DNA of 63,724 nucleotides, the filler included, from Octopus bimaculoides (taxonomy: Eukaryota): NCBI RefSeq assembly GCF_001194135.2. It is 5 parts of 5 records of this genome, joined end to end, with 100 filler letters (N's around TTAATTAATTAA, not from the genome) between each part and the next. Parts side by side here need not be neighbours in the genome. Positions count along the whole stretch, not along the records: positions 1 to 10,297 come from NC_069000.1; positions 10,398 to 26,098 come from NC_068991.1; 3 more parts are not named here. The stretch is one strand, 5' to 3'. Position 1 is the first letter of the stretch. Every line of letters starts with the position of its first letter. A program made the position numbers and the translations under genes. Shown piece after piece: positions 1 to 14,179 of this stretch. Under the pieces are notes generated by a model. The model was not told where the DNA came from, did not search any database, and saw nothing but the letters and a program-made list of their open reading frames with translations.

Positions 1-1759
1 TATATATATATATATATATATGCATACATATATACATATATATGTACATAGCGCAATTGAATAATAGGTATGAGTGGGGATAAAACAGAAATTTACCCAG
101 AATTTATAAGGCAAATGAGAAAATGGAGAGGTTAATCAGTCAACAAACATCAGCCAGTAAACATTCATTTGGATCTACTTATTTATTAATTACAATCATA
201 TGTATAAGTACTCAAAATAAATAAGCAAATAAACAAGTAAATAAATAAAAATAAATAAATGAATAAGAATAAATGAGTGTAAAATACTAAACCCTTACAG
301 CTGTTTCTATTTTGGGGTGTCTAACTTGACAAGGTTTCCATATCATACCAGTAATATACAGGGACTCTACAAAGGCTGAACAAACATTGGACAGGGGTTG
401 GACAATAATAGAGCCCCAAAGCTTCATCACAGTGACATAATGTTAAGAATCTAACATGTGAGGAAGTAAGATAAAATAATAAGATAAAATAATAAATAAA
501 ATAATAAAAAATAGTAAGGAATGGTAAAAAAGTCATTTCCAAGGTAATATCCATAAGCTATGGGATTACATCTTATGGTAAAGAAAGTGACTTTATGTAT
601 GTATATATATATATGCACACTCACATATACATATATANNNNNNNNNNNNNNNNNNNNNNNNNNNNNNNNNNNNNNNNNNNNNNNNNNNNNNNNNNNNNNN
701 NNNNNNNNNNNNNNNNNNNNNNNNNNNNNNNNNNNNNNNNNNNNNNNNNNNNNNNNNNNNNNNNNNNNNNNNNNNNNNNNNNNNNNNNNNNNNNNNNNNN
801 NNNNNNNNNNNNNNNNNNNNNNNNNNNNNNNNNNNNNNNNNNNNNNNNNNNNNNNNNNNNNNNNNNNNNNNNNNNNNNNNNNNNNNNNNNNNNNNNNNNN
901 NNNNNNNNNNNNNNNNNNNNNNNNNNNNNNNNNNNNNNNNNNNNNNNNNNNNNNNNNNNNNNNNNNNNNNNNNNNNNNNNNNNNNNNNNNNNNNNNNNNN
1001 NNNNNNNNNNNNNNNNNNNNNNNNNNNNNNNNNNNNNNNNNNNNNNNNNNNNNNNNNNNNNNNNNNNNNNNNNNNNNNNNNNNNNNNNNNNNNNNNNNNN
1101 NNNNNNNNNNNNNNNNNNNNNNNNNNNNNNNNNNNNNNNNNNNNNNNNNNNNNNNNNNNNNNNTATATATATAAATATATAAATTAAAAACGTAAAATTA
1201 AAACAGAACACAAAGGATTCTGCGGTACACGTGTTTCAAGCTTTATACACAAACAGTCGTTGCATCATTATATGGGTATATAATTGATAGACAGGATGGT
1301 ATAAAGCTATCTTCAGCTTCAAATATATTCTTTCCCAATTCTAGGTTGAAGTTTATTTACTTAATATGTTATTGTCACATGGAAAGGCATATATCTCACA
1401 ACTTCCTATGTTTTCCATTCTCCTTGCTTCTCCTATGCAGAATTTATTTCATTTTCTTTGTTGTGTTTTGTCATAATTTAGCAGCTTAATGGTTTTAACC
1501 ATCCATGTAGTGATTTAAGATCTTGCCAAACTAGATTGTGCCTTTCATCCAGTTTAGCATTCATTATGTCTTTATGTTGCTGATACAACTTTACATAATG
1601 TATATGGAAAAAAGCATGAGTATCACAACATATTTGTCACCACTTCCCTTATAATATAAAAGACTGAGAAAGCATCTACCTGTGGAACTTAAGCATACTT
1701 TGTCTCTTTCAACAGCAGAAAGACATAATCACAGCATATAGGAAGACAACATTATTGTG

Positions 1760-2330
1760 CCTTCCCTCTCACTAACCATGAACAGCATCCAACTAGAACC
1801 ATCATATTCAGTTCAAACACAAGGCCTAAGTCTCACCATCACTGAAGATGTCTTGTGGAAAATGCATAACCTTAACATATCATAACTTACTCACAAAACT
1901 GACTTTCCTCTTCAAATGCAAAAGGTACTGCAACCCCCCAATAAGTCATAGCCATATGCATAGAAACAGCTGATGCTAAAAATTACAGACCTATCTTTCT
2001 TAATTTTAGATATCAGCAAGGTGTACTTAAAAAGAAATTCATTGCATTTCACAGAGGAGAATGACTTGCCAAGTGATACTCAGAACAGTTAGAAGCTGCT
2101 TTAGGCAGTCTCTGCAACATTATAGCTAGATACTGAGGTAGTTGTTGAACCAATTAAACATAAAGTGGTATGCCACTACTTTGTGAATGATTTTGATAAA
2201 TTTGATCCCAGGGTATGTTGCAAACTAAGTGATCTTGACTGAGTTGAAAATGTAGGAGAGTGGCTGTAGGATTTTCCTTTTTGAGAAATTGAAGTCAAGT
2301 GAAGTTAGAAAACAGTACATTAAAAAAAAA
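1760..2330 (+). pseudogene. Highly decayed CR1/L2-like LINE reverse-transcriptase fragment
   Basis: Translates to ADAKNYRPIF at about 1968-1997 (NYRPISL motif) and a degenerate DF-DK-D-G...W...FL..R.Q block near 2190-2300; many stops and frameshifts; boundaries approximate. Confidence 0.4.
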
Positions 2331-2813
2331 TGATCTAAATTCTGCATGGAATATATCAAAGAAAAGAAAGATACAAAATAATCTACATCTGAAAGCTCTC
2401 AGAAGGGCTATCACAAAACTTTGGTACTTGAAGCAGTACATTTCCTCAGTCTTTCCTAGTTGTCACTGAAAAAGCATAGGATTCAAAGAAATTATAGATC
2501 TTCAATATCATCCCACAAAATATAAGTAATCTGCATGGAGTAGTAATCAACATATTCAAATAAAACTTGGACTTTCTAGTATTTAAAATTGAAAATAGTC
2601 CTACATTATGGTATATCCAAAAATGTATATACACCATGTGAAAGTGTACTGCTGTGGTTTTTGTTTGGTAAGGTCTCTTTGTGGATGGTGTCATCGCAGA
2701 GGTGGGTTGTGGGAATGTTGGATGTATTTCACCCTTCTTGGGGCTTGTCAGTGGAATGTACCCATTTGTCATATGCTTGAATGTAAGAAACAGTGAATAA
2801 TATATTGATATTG

Positions 2814-2867
<54 letters not shown>

Positions 2868-3179
2868 TACATTATACAATATCTCCCTTTTTGAAATTGG
2901 AGTTTTTTAAGGGACATTTCACTGCTGTTTCTAGAGGATTGAGTGACCACATAGAGACTCACTAGTTGGTTTAAGTAGAGTTTTATTAATTGATGTCATG
3001 AAATTTGTTTAGATAGTGTCACTTAACAAGCCCTTCAAAATCACCAATTGCTGACAGCACCTGTCATAGCTATATATGTAATTCAAACAAACTTCAAGGT
3101 TTAGCATGCTAGAAATAGCAGTGATCACATAGTTATTATTGTAAGGCTTATAGTGTTCCAAATGGCCATACCAAGAAAA

Positions 3180-3720
3180 TCACTTAAATCTTTTAAAATG
3201 TTTCAGCTTCAAAGCTGCGGTCATGCTGGGGCACCACCATTGACTGGGCTACATCTTTATTTGAAATCACCTCTGATATGTGGCATTTGGTCAATGAAGG
3301 AGTTGCATGCCCCTGCCTTCATCTATGTTTCCTGCCGTGAGGTAGGCTTGTCTGGAACACTTAACAGGAAGAGATCCAGTTTTGTTTTAAAGACACTTAC
3401 ATCCATGCCATGCAGGTTTTTCAGGTATTTTGGAAGTATATTGAAGAGCTGTCAGCTCTTGAAATCCAAGCTGTTGCAATATCTGGTCCTGTACTTTGAT
3501 GGCAATGTTGAGATCTTTGGCACTACATAGTGGCACCCAGTTCTGCTGTTTGAGTAACTTTCAATGTCAAAGCTTGTTACAAGGCCTTCCAGGATTTTCC
3601 AGATGTATATTCCTGCATATCTTTCCTGCCTTTGTTCTAGGGAAAAGAGTTTTAATTCTTCCAGTCTTTTCCAGTAGCTGATATGTTGCATTGAGATGAT
3701 TTTGACATATTTTAATTGAG
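3180..3720 (-). mobile_element. CR1/L2-group LINE 3' fragment (ORF2 C-terminus plus 3' UTR)
   Basis: ORF 3452-3691: YWKRLEELKLFSLEQRQERYAGIYIWKILEGLV, typical of the post-RT C-terminus; homologous to 44430-45120. Confidence 0.7.
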
Positions 3721-4017
3721 GGGAGCAAAGAAGTTTTTTAGTGGGTTGATATATTTTTTAAAGTTCTGAGTCACTTGACACGTTTTAGCAATTCATTTTG
3801 ATTACTTATTTTTAGTCAATTGTATATACCTTTTCTTGATAGGACGTTCTATATAGTTTGTATTTTTATGTGCATATGTATTTTTACCTTCTGTGCTTTT
3901 ATGTATGTATTCCTTTTGTATATTGAAGGCCATGGTAATGATTTTATATGATCAAATGTATGGAAGTGTGATGTTATATAAAGCCGTTGACTTGAATTTG
4001 ATGTTTGTTCTCTAATC

Positions 4018-4116
<99 letters not shown>

Positions 4117-5224
4117 CATACATATATATATATGTGTGTGTGTATGCATGTGCGTGTGTATCAACATTCTGCTTCTTGTTCTCATATCTATTATCATCAC
4201 TGCCACAACCATCCCTGGCCCCCACCCCAGCCCCACAATCATTGTCATCATCATTGTTGTCATATGACTTAATTAATACTTGATCAAACAGTGGTAGCTA
4301 TGGAGATGCGAATGGTGGGGAAAAATGACAGAGACATCAACTTAGAGTAAAACCAAACTAAATAATAACTAACATGCAATTTAGTGATTTATAGTGCAGA
4401 GATTAAACATTCTCAGGAGAGTTAGAAGTAAGTAGGGTTGATTGATTGGTGATGTATACAACAACTCTTCTCTACCATGTTGTTAAATTGATATTTTTTT
4501 CTGAGCTGGGAAGAATGGAAGTGAGTTAAGGTATCTAATCTTAATGTAGATTTTCTCTTAGATTCTATAGCTTTCTATATTTAACAGGCAATTCAACAAA
4601 TGGTATAGCAGTGGATGATTTAGGTGTGTGAGATGGCTGTTGCATGCCAGCCATTTCATGCAGTTGGTAATCAGAACCAGAGTTTGGTTTCAATGGAAGT
4701 TAGCTATATTGATCTCACTTGTCTTTGAGCACCTGCAAAACTTTGAAGTTAGCACCATTCTACAGAACAAACCAATAAAAGAAAAACAATAAATAAATAA
4801 TTAAGACAGTTATTGGATTCTGAAACGGATTGATCTGTGACATCTGTTTGTTGTTGATTAGTCTTAAATCAGTCCTGATCAAACAGATCTATAATCAATG
4901 TCATCCTAGGTATGACCATAATGTCTTCTTTTTTCTGGCATTATATATCCAGGACTGTCCTTTTTCTAAGAGTGGAGGGAAATTTGACTGTAAATCTAGT
5001 AGCTTGTGTGACTATGAAGGGGCATTGTCATTGTTTCACGCTTACTATACCAGATAGGTAAAGAGAGACAACATAAAGTGTTCTACTCAGCAGCAGATCT
5101 GAACTCATGACCCTATGTTAAAGTTGATCTTCTATAGTATCTTTAACATACTGTGATATAGCAACCAGACAACTTTATATGATTTACACATATATGCAAA
5201 AAAATCATCACTACACTACACTAC

Positions 5225-5336
5225 TATCAAATCCACTCACAAGGCTTGCCTGAGGTTATTGTAGAAGAACCCGGAACCATGAGGCTGATAAGCAAGCTAC
5301 TTACTACACAGCCACACAGCTACTCCTGCACCTATA
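5225..5336 (-). mobile_element. tRNA-derived SINE family A, 5' fragment
   Basis: Reverse complement reads aggtgcaggagtagctgtgtgg...gtaagtagcttgc...ggttccgggtt (A/B-box head); matches other family A heads. Confidence 0.75.
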
Positions 5337-5847
5337 ATAGCTATAGTTAAAAATATATATGTTAAAAATCATACAGATAATTCTCAAAGATTATAAAATA
5401 TATAAAATATATTGTTGCAATGGAAATGTGTATTTTCTTTTCATGGTTTAGGGAAAGGAAGAGCAATACTCATGACATTTGCAAAAAGGTTCTGAGGTTA
5501 GCTGGAAAAAGAAAGATGTTCAAATTAGAGACTTGGTTTGAATCACTGCAATAAAGTGGACCCTGACAGTTCAATGGCAGGTGCAGTCCATATGACAAGT
5601 CTCTAGACAGTTTTCATCGATCAAATTTCCTGAGACTTGGGTCAGTGTGAGACTATGATAGAAGGGCACTTACCCAATATATCAAGGAGTAGTTATTGAT
5701 TGGAAACCACATGATAGCAAAATGGTCATATGAATAAACAAAAACTTTATGACATTACACAAAACAGAGCTAAAGGTATAGAATCAAAAGATATGTTTTG
5801 TCAAAGTAATTATTAAAAGCATTAATATAAATAAAAATGATTTTATT

Positions 5848-5995
5848 ATATAGGTGCAGGAGTAGCTGTGTGGCTGTGTAGTAAGTAGCTTGCTTATCAG
5901 CCACATGGTTCTGGGTTCTTCTACAATAGCCTCAGGCAAGCCTTGTGAGTGGATTTGATAGATGGAAACTGAAAGAAGCCTGTCGTATATATATG
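5848..5995 (+). mobile_element. tRNA-derived SINE family A, 5' fragment
   Basis: Same head and body as 41887+ (ccttgtgagtggatttg.tagatggaaactgaaagaagcc); runs into a gap. Confidence 0.8.
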
Positions 5996-7689
5996 TATAT
6001 ATATGNNNNNNNNNNNNNNNNNNNNNNNNNNNNNNNNNNNNNNNNNNNNNNNNNNNNNNNNNNNNNNNNNNNNNNNNNNNNNNNNNNNNNNNNNNNNNNN
6101 NNNNNNNNNNNNNNNNNNNNNNNNNNNNNNNNNNNNNNNNNNNNNNNNNNNNNNNNNNNNNNNNNNNNNNNNNNNNNNNNNNNNNNNNNNNNNNNNNNNN
6201 NNNNNNNNNNNNNNNNNNNNNNNNNNNNNNNNNNNNNNNNNNNNNNNNNNNNNNNNNNNNNNNNNNNNNNNNNNNNNNNNNNNNNNNNNNNNNNNNNNNN
6301 NNNNNNNNNNNNNNNNNNNNNNNNNNNNNNNNNNNNNNNNNNNNNNNNNNNNNNNNNNNNNNNNNNNNNNNNNNNNNNNNNNNNNNNNNNNNNNNTATTT
6401 TGGGTATTTTTGTGTCTAGCATTGCTTTTACAAGGTATCTGTAGCTAAGAAATGTTTTTCTGGTTCCAAGAAGATCATGTCCTTATTCAGAATACAATCT
6501 GATAATTGGGAAAAGTACCTGAAAACCATGAGAACTGGTGGTAAACATGTAGAGAAAGAGCCATGTCTGAAGTAAAAAGGGGGGGGGGAGAAAGAAAGAA
6601 AGAAAGAAAGGTAAGAGCTCAACAATGATTTCTGGGACCAGAACTATCACTGCAGCTTCAATGTTGATTCTGTGACCAATGGTTCATTTCAAAATATCAG
6701 AAGGCATTGTAATGAAAAATGAAAACAATAACATCAGTGAATGGACCTTGGAAACACTAAAAAAAAAAACAAAAAAAAAATGAGGTAACAGTGGGAGGAG
6801 ATGAAAGAGAATAAATACAGTCAGTTCAAGACTGTTAAAAGCTACTATTGTAGCATATAAGCATAAGTACTCTCAATACAAGATGTGAATAACAGGATAA
6901 TATATGATAATGATACACTGTACATTCATTGATAGGTTTGATATACTTGATATATCTAACATGAAGTATTGTGATATTTATTTGATACACTTTGATATAC
7001 TTGATATTCTTCAATGTACTCGATATACTGTGATATATTTGACGCATCCAATAGTAGTTAAAGTGTGTCGAACTAAATATTGGATATATTAAGTATTATA
7101 TTAATAACTTGTACATACAACAATAAGTGAATCACATACATGTACATATATATGGAATAAAGACCATTATATCAATTACCCTAATTGACAGAAAATAATT
7201 CTGTAAGATAATTATTAAACAAATAACTATGTAAAATAAATTCCAAGCATTAATTTTTCCAGAAATTAAAAACTATGTGAAGTCATCTACTACTACTATT
7301 ACTACTACTGCTACTGCTGCTGCTGCTGCTGCTGCTGCTACTACTACACACAGACACGGATATATACAGACACAAGCATACACACACACATCACATATAC
7401 ACACATGCAAACACAGCTACACACACAGATACACAAGCATACAGACACACATGCATTTACATGCATATATGCATATGTTCACACACATGCATACACATAC
7501 ATAAGTGAGATGATTTACTTGAGGCAGGTGATGAGTCAGCTGACTTTTATAGCTGGATGTTCATTCTTTCGCTAACTACTCAGCCATGAAATAAACTGAA
7601 TGAAGGACAGTTGCTTTTCTTTTTTTTCTCTTTTTACCAAGATGTTCCTTTTTATTTTTTTACTTTGGCAAACTGGATCAAAAAGAAGA

Positions 7690-8460
7690 GTTCTATAAGT
7701 TTAATTGTCTCTTGGTTGAGAATAACAAGTTTTATGATGCTGTTTTAGCCAAACTGGGCTCTGTGGCTATGTCCCAAAATGGAAGGATGCTTGTGCCACT
7801 GCACAATGTGTCATCAGGATTGTTCAAAATGATTGGTGGCTCAAAAAGCAAAAGAAATTTAACATTTTGCAGACAGGAACAAAACTTATCAATTCTATGA
7901 CTTGATTAAGAGCATCTTTGACCCATGCAGAAAGGTGACTGCTCTGGTGAGATCATCCAGTGGCACCATACTGAAAGAAAAAAAAAAACCTGTGAAACTT
8001 TACAGGTGGGCTGAACAGTTTCGAGAATTTTTGAATCAGGTCAACCCAACAGAACTTGCAGCACTTGAAGAGATTCCAGATCTTCCTATCCTGACAGAGT
8101 TTGACAACTCCCAACACCTAGTGAGTCATCTGTAGCCTCAAGAATGAGAAGTCTCCCGACAATAATGAAATCCCAGATGAGATCTACAAGTATGGTGGGC
8201 TTCACCTCACATCCTATCTTCACTCTTTGTTTCTTCTTGGTGGAAACTCTCCAATATTGTCACAATCTACTGACACAAAGGAGACTGCAGAGTGTAGCAA
8301 CAGCAGGGGAATCTCTCTTCTGGATAACACCAGCATGATCCTCTCACATAATCTCCTCTGACATCTTCTACTTCATGTTATCAACCTGGTTATGACTGAG
8401 TTCCAATGTGAATTTATGGTGATGCTTGAATCTTGCTTATATCATGTGATTTTTCTTGCA
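7690..8460 (+). pseudogene. RTE-clade (BovB-like) LINE ORF fragment, EN-RT linker to RT start
   Basis: RWAEQFREFLNQ (ORF 7902-8135) and AECSNSRGISLL near 8285-8320 (CxNYRGISLL motif); frameshifted. Confidence 0.6.
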
Positions 8461-8868
8461 AACATGACATGTGTACAAGTGTAAGAGTTTTGTCTTGCTT
8501 TAATGTGTTCTGTGTCACCATTTTGGTGAATATTAGATATGTGAGTGAAACCTTATATACTTATGCATAGCTTGCTCCACATTCCATACAAACAGGATAC
8601 TTAATTTGTTTTTACATTAATTAATGCACGCATGACTAAATCAGGTCTCACCCACATTTATAAAATTTACCACTAATAATGACACGAAACATATCCAAAC
8701 AGAGCAAAAGCAATACAATTTGGTCATGTTTATATGTGTGTGTGTGTGGTGGGGGTGAAAGTGTGTATATGCATAAAACATAGATTTCTGAACATACATT
8801 TTTGGGGTGTGTGTTTTATATTTATAGAAATATGTGTCATACCCTTCTAAGAGCACTGGTATATTTCT

Positions 8869-9114
8869 TATTTCTTTATTGCCCACAAGGGGCTAAACAG
8901 AGAGGGGACAAACAAGGACAGACAAAGGGATTAAGTCGATTACATCAACCCCAGTTCTCGACTGGTACTTAATTTATCGACCCCGAAAGGATGAAAGGCA
9001 AAGTCGATCTCGGTAGAGTTTGAATGACCTCGGCGGAATTTGAACATAAAGACAGACGAAATAATGCTAAGCATTTCGCCCGGCGTGCTAACGTTTCTGC
9101 CAGCTCACCGCCTT
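8869..9114 (-). mobile_element. tRNA-SINE family B (tail type 2)
   Basis: Minus strand: ggcggtgagctggcagaaacgttagcacgccgggcgaaatg head and gcctttcatcctttcggggtcgataaattaagtacc core; candidate TSD tatatttct at 8860-8868 and 9116-9124. Confidence 0.85.
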
Positions 9115-9984
9115 TTATATTTCTATAAATTTTTATATTTCTCGCTGCACTGGTATATTTCTATAAATGTAAACATATTTTCTCTTCGCATATGGGTCTT
9201 TACATATTTGTGCAAGTTTTATGTATGTTTATATATAAAATGTGGGTCTATGAATGTTACGAATGAATGAATATATCTATGAATGAATATATATGTGTGT
9301 GCATATATATGGTTTAAGTAGGTTTTTGTAGATGCACCACCGCTATCACCATTACCACTCCCACCACCAATGTCACTACCATCACCATACAGCCACATTA
9401 CCACATTGCTACTGTTTCTGCTATTACCATCTATCATCATCATCATTATCATCATCATTTAAAAGCCACTTTTCCATGCCAGTGAAAATTGCAATTTGTT
9501 GAGGTGGATTTTCTATGGTCAGATGCCTTTCCTGTCACCAAGCCTCATTTCCAAACAAAGCCAGGCACGATTTTGCAGAAGACTGGAAATGAAGGTCAAC
9601 AACACTTACAACTACTTACAGCTGTAGTATGTTGGCTACACTACAGGCGACCACAACAGGCCAAGCAAAACTCAGTATATGTAGTGAGGTATCTTATTTA
9701 TATTAAACACTTAACAAAGTTCAGCCTGCATTGATGGACGCAATACAGCTAGCTGTACAATATCACACCCATAAGGGACAGATGCAGGATAGGTAAAAAA
9801 ACAATTGCTGTGTTGAATACAGATTCTTGCTAAAGCTATTTTCTACTTCCCTCAACTGGATGACATCAGGTAGCCTAAATGGTGAAAGTACTCTAATCAG
9901 CATACTACTAGACTTATACCCAAAGTCCAAATAATTACATGCACACACACATATGCACATATCTATATATATAAAAATGAGAAT

Positions 9985-10297
9985 GTGTGTGTGTGTGTCT
10001 GTCTGTCTGTCTGTCTGTGTGAATCCCTAAAACTCGAGAACTACGCAATCAATTTCATTCAAATTTTACACATGCCTTACTTAGGGTTCCAGTTGTGTTT
10101 TAGTCAAAAAGAATTATTAACTTCTTGCAGAGTTCGAGCACAAGGCAACATAATATCTCCTCCACTATTTAAGTATTACGTGTCAAAAGTGAAACAAAAA
10201 CACTCATGTCAAATACTTTCACTTTAAAAATGAAACTATTCCACTAACTGAAACAATCACATTTCGATACTGTAGTGACAAATACTTTCACACAGAG
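9985..10297 (+). mobile_element. Possible DINE-1/Helentron-like non-autonomous fragment
   Basis: (GTCT)n microsatellite followed by ctcgagaactac...caatttcattcaaatttt, resembling the DINE-1/HINE core; truncated by a gap. Confidence 0.35.
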
Positions 10298-10397
10298 NNN
10301 NNNNNNNNNNNNNNNNNNNNNNNNNNNNNNNNNNNNNNNNNTTAATTAATTAANNNNNNNNNNNNNNNNNNNNNNNNNNNNNNNNNNNNNNNNNNNN

Positions 10398-10467
<70 letters not shown>

Positions 10468-12357
10468 GTGTATATATAAAAGGAAAATAACTCAAGTGTT
10501 TTTACATATACATACATACACACACCCATATACATACATCCACATAAAAATATAAGTAAACATTTAGATGTTTATGTATGTGTAAATATAAATGTGTGTA
10601 TATGATTGTGTATACAAGTTTTTGTGAGTGTGCGTGTCCACATGTGTATGTGTGTGTATATACACATATATATATATATGTATATATGTGTGTATATGGG
10701 TATATAGGTGTGTGGATGACTGTATCTGTGTGTATGTATGTATACATGTATACCTGTGTGGGGGGGGTGTATGTATGTTTGTAAGTGTATATATATATAT
10801 GTGTGTGTATATGTGTACAAATCTACGTATATGTAAGCATGTATAATTGTGTATGTATTTGTATAAAACCATATATATGCGTTATTAGGTTCTGTATGTA
10901 AGTACATATTTCTATATGTATGTGTGTGTATGTATATATGTATGTATGCGTGTATGTGTGTTTATGTATGTATATAAATATATATGTGTACATGTGTGTA
11001 TGTGTATATATGTGTATGTGTGTGTACGAAAAAATATATATATGTATATGTGTGTGTGTGTATGTGTATATGTATATGTATGCATGCACACACACACACA
11101 CATATATGGATATGTGGATNNNNNNNNNNNNNNNNNNNNNNNNNNNNNNNNNNNNNNNNNNNNNNNNNNNNNNNNNNNNNNNNNNNNNNNNNNNNNNNNN
11201 NNNNNNNNNNNNNNNNNNNNNNNNNNNNNNNNNNNNNNNNNNNNNNNNNNNNNNNNNNNNNNNNNNNNNNNNNNNNNNNNNNNNNNNNNNNNNNNNNNNN
11301 NNNNNNNNNNNNNNNNNNNNNNNNNNNNNNNNNNNNNNNNNNNNNNNNNNNNNNNNNNNNNNNNNNNNNNNNNNNNNNNNNNNNNNNNNNNNNNNNNNNN
11401 NNNNNNNNNNNNNNNNNNNNNNNNNNNNNNNNNNNNNNNNNNNNNNNNNNNNNNNNNNNNNNNNNNNNNNNNNNNNNNNNNNNNNNNNNNNNNNNNNNNN
11501 NNNNNNNNNNNNNNNNNNNNNNNNNNNNNNNNNNNNNNNNNNNNNNNNNNNNNNNNNNNNNNNNNNNNNNNNNNNNNNNNNNNNNNNNNNNNTATGGATC
11601 ACACAGGTTGTAATCCTTTGAAACATATGTAGGAATAAAGTATGCAATTATAACATGTGTTTTCTCCAATCCTTAAATTCTTAAATATACTCAAATACCC
11701 AAAATTTCAAGGAGTTCCTGCCTTAAAAACAGGAACTAAACCACAGTTATTTTGTGTTCTTTGCTACATTGGTTTCTATTAACCCATTTATTCTATCAGA
11801 AGAATTTTTATTCATTAAGATAGAAGAAATACACATAATTATATATAAGACTTTCCGTATTCCCGAGCGTCATACTAATATATACTTTTGTTATTTACAC
11901 CACCTGTCCTCGTCTGTTGTTATTATTTGTATATTCTCCCATATATATATATATATATATGTATGTATATATATATTATTTACTGGCAGCTTAAAGCTGA
12001 TGAACAAGACTACGTTTGAGAGTGAAAGCATAGACAAAACCAAAGAGTTTTATTCAGAGAGAGACGGCAATCAAAGACAGGGTAGGCCGGTGTGTTCAAC
12101 AAAGTTCCTCCACTTAAAAAATTGGCCAGGAGTAGGGAAGCAATTGAAAAGAACAAAAACGAAAAGAGATAAGAAACAAAGATGAATATATGAAGGAGAC
12201 AAATATGAATTAATCCAGGCACATACATTTATACACAATACATACACCACATACGACACACATGTGCACATACCCACACACACATACATAAGGGTGCATG
12301 TGTAAGGGATGGATACAAACATAAAAAATAATAAAGGAGCACACATTCTCAACAAAA

Positions 12358-12394
<37 letters not shown>

Positions 12395-12424
12395 TTCCAT
12401 ATACATAAATATATACATACATAT

Positions 12425-12455
<31 letters not shown>

Positions 12456-12529
12456 CACACCGAGAAGATAAACATACACTAAATACCTGAGAAAAAAGGG
12501 GGGAGGAGGAGCTAATCAATAAAACTATT

Positions 12530-13964
12530 TAATGTTAATGAAGAGGAATTTGTACATATGCTTACAAGAAAAAACTCTTTCATCTCTTGAATTTAAGATA
12601 GAACCGTTCATTTTCATAATTATATAAGACTCCTCTAGGCAGAGCAGACAAGTTCTATTTCTAATCCTATATGAAGGGGCAGAGGAAACAATGTTGTGAT
12701 TTAAAAGGGGTCTATGTGCAACATATATAATGGAACCTAGAGAGATCATGTGTAGTAATAGTGGCTTTATATACATTTTTCATTTTACAATTGCTTTTAA
12801 CCTCACAGGTGTTAGGGTTTCTATGGCTATAATTGCCACTAATATTAGACGCACTGTTGCTATGCATATATGTATTGGTAGAGATAGAGTTTGCGTGGGT
12901 ATGGAAATCGTTGGTGAAGGGTATAGAGCTATTTGAGTAAATGGGGTTAGTATTAGTAGTATGGGAGGTTAAATTATTGTAGTAAAGATTTAGTTTTCTA
13001 TTGTTAAAGGAAGAAATAATCCTCAATAAATATGGAGAATCAGAAAAGCCAAATCTAATCATTCTGTTACTGAATATCCCAGCATACCTAGATTTACTAA
13101 AATTAGATTTAATAATAGAATGAATAGACTTTATAAAGTTAGACTTCAAATGTTTATCAAAAGGGAATATAATCCAAATTATGTTATTATTGTGTTTCTT
13201 GTTGGTATGGTGGTTTTTGTTATACAGGTCACCCATTCAAATATATGGCATAGGTTTCTTTTTACCTCTCCTATAATCACTACCATTGAGTGGAGGCGCA
13301 GTGGCCCAGTGGTTAGGGCAGCAGACTCGCGGTCATAGGATCGTGGTTTCGATTCCCAGACCGGGCGTTGTGAGTGTTTATTGAGCGCAAACACCTAAAG
13401 CTCCACGAGGCTCTGGCAGATGATGGTGGTGAACCCTGCTGTACTCTTCCACCACAACTTTCCCTCACTCTTTCTTCCTGTTTCTGTTGTACCTGTATTT
13501 CAAAGGGCCAGCCTTGTCACACTGTGTCACGCTGAATATCCCCAAGAACTACGTTAAGGGTACACGTGTCTGTGGATTGCTCAGCCACTTGCATGTTAAT
13601 TTCACGAGCAGGCTGTTCCATTGATTGGATCAACTGGAACCCTCAACGTTGTAAGCGATGGAGTGCCAACAACAATCACTACCATTACTAATATTATTCT
13701 TATTATTATTGTTGTTATAATTATTATTTTTTAATTTTTTTATTATTATAATTACCACTATTATTAATATTATTGTTATTGAAGTATTGAACATCATTAA
13801 AATGGGTTATGCAGTTGTGTGGGAAATTAAGATTATGCAAGGAAATGAGAGGAGTTTTTTTTTTGTGAAAAGACATTGTTTCGTGTTACTATTTCCAGCT
13901 ATGTTAATGTTTTTCCTGTAATGACTGCCTGTACCATTACAATTGTTTATATTATTATTGTTAA

Positions 13965-13996
<32 letters not shown>

Positions 13997-14175
13997 GAAG
14001 TGTTGGTATTGATAAGAATCTGGTTAGTAAAAGTCTTATTAAGTGGTTTAAAGTTGTTGAGAATTTTTTTCCTATATTTGGTGGAGTTATCTTTACAAAT
14101 ATTAATAGAAAATTTTGAAGACGATCTTTGGAGCTTACTACGCAATATTAAGTGTAAGAAAAATATCCTAAAGAA
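12530..14175 (-). mobile_element. Penelope-like element 3' half (thumb/linker plus GIY-YIG endonuclease), pseudogenised, SINE-interrupted
   Basis: NIIWIIFPFDKHLKSNF (IIWFNPPF-like), NCKMKNVYKATITT..HYICCT (GIY..YIG) and PSYRIRNRTCLLCLEESYII...LNSRDERVFSCKHMYKF (CxLCLxE...LNxRxE..CRH). Confidence 0.85.
13288..13673 (+). mobile_element. tRNA-SINE family C, full length, with 13-bp TSD
   Basis: gtggaggcgcagtggcccagtggttaggg...ggtttcgattccc head, (AAC)n tail; TSD aatcactaccatt at 13275-13287 and 13674-13686. Confidence 0.9.
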
Positions 14176-14179
14176 CAAT

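Noticed and set aside
6900-7045. tgatatact-type degenerate repeats
   Set aside because: Low-complexity minisatellite with no evident structure.
10342-10353. TTAATTAATTAA in the middle of N runs (also 26143-26154, 48674-48685, 59324-59335)
   Set aside because: Identical all-frame-stop linker centred in roughly 100-nt gaps; a scaffolding artefact, not biology.
11985-12035. ctgatga...gaaa motif
   Set aside because: No convincing stems II or III.
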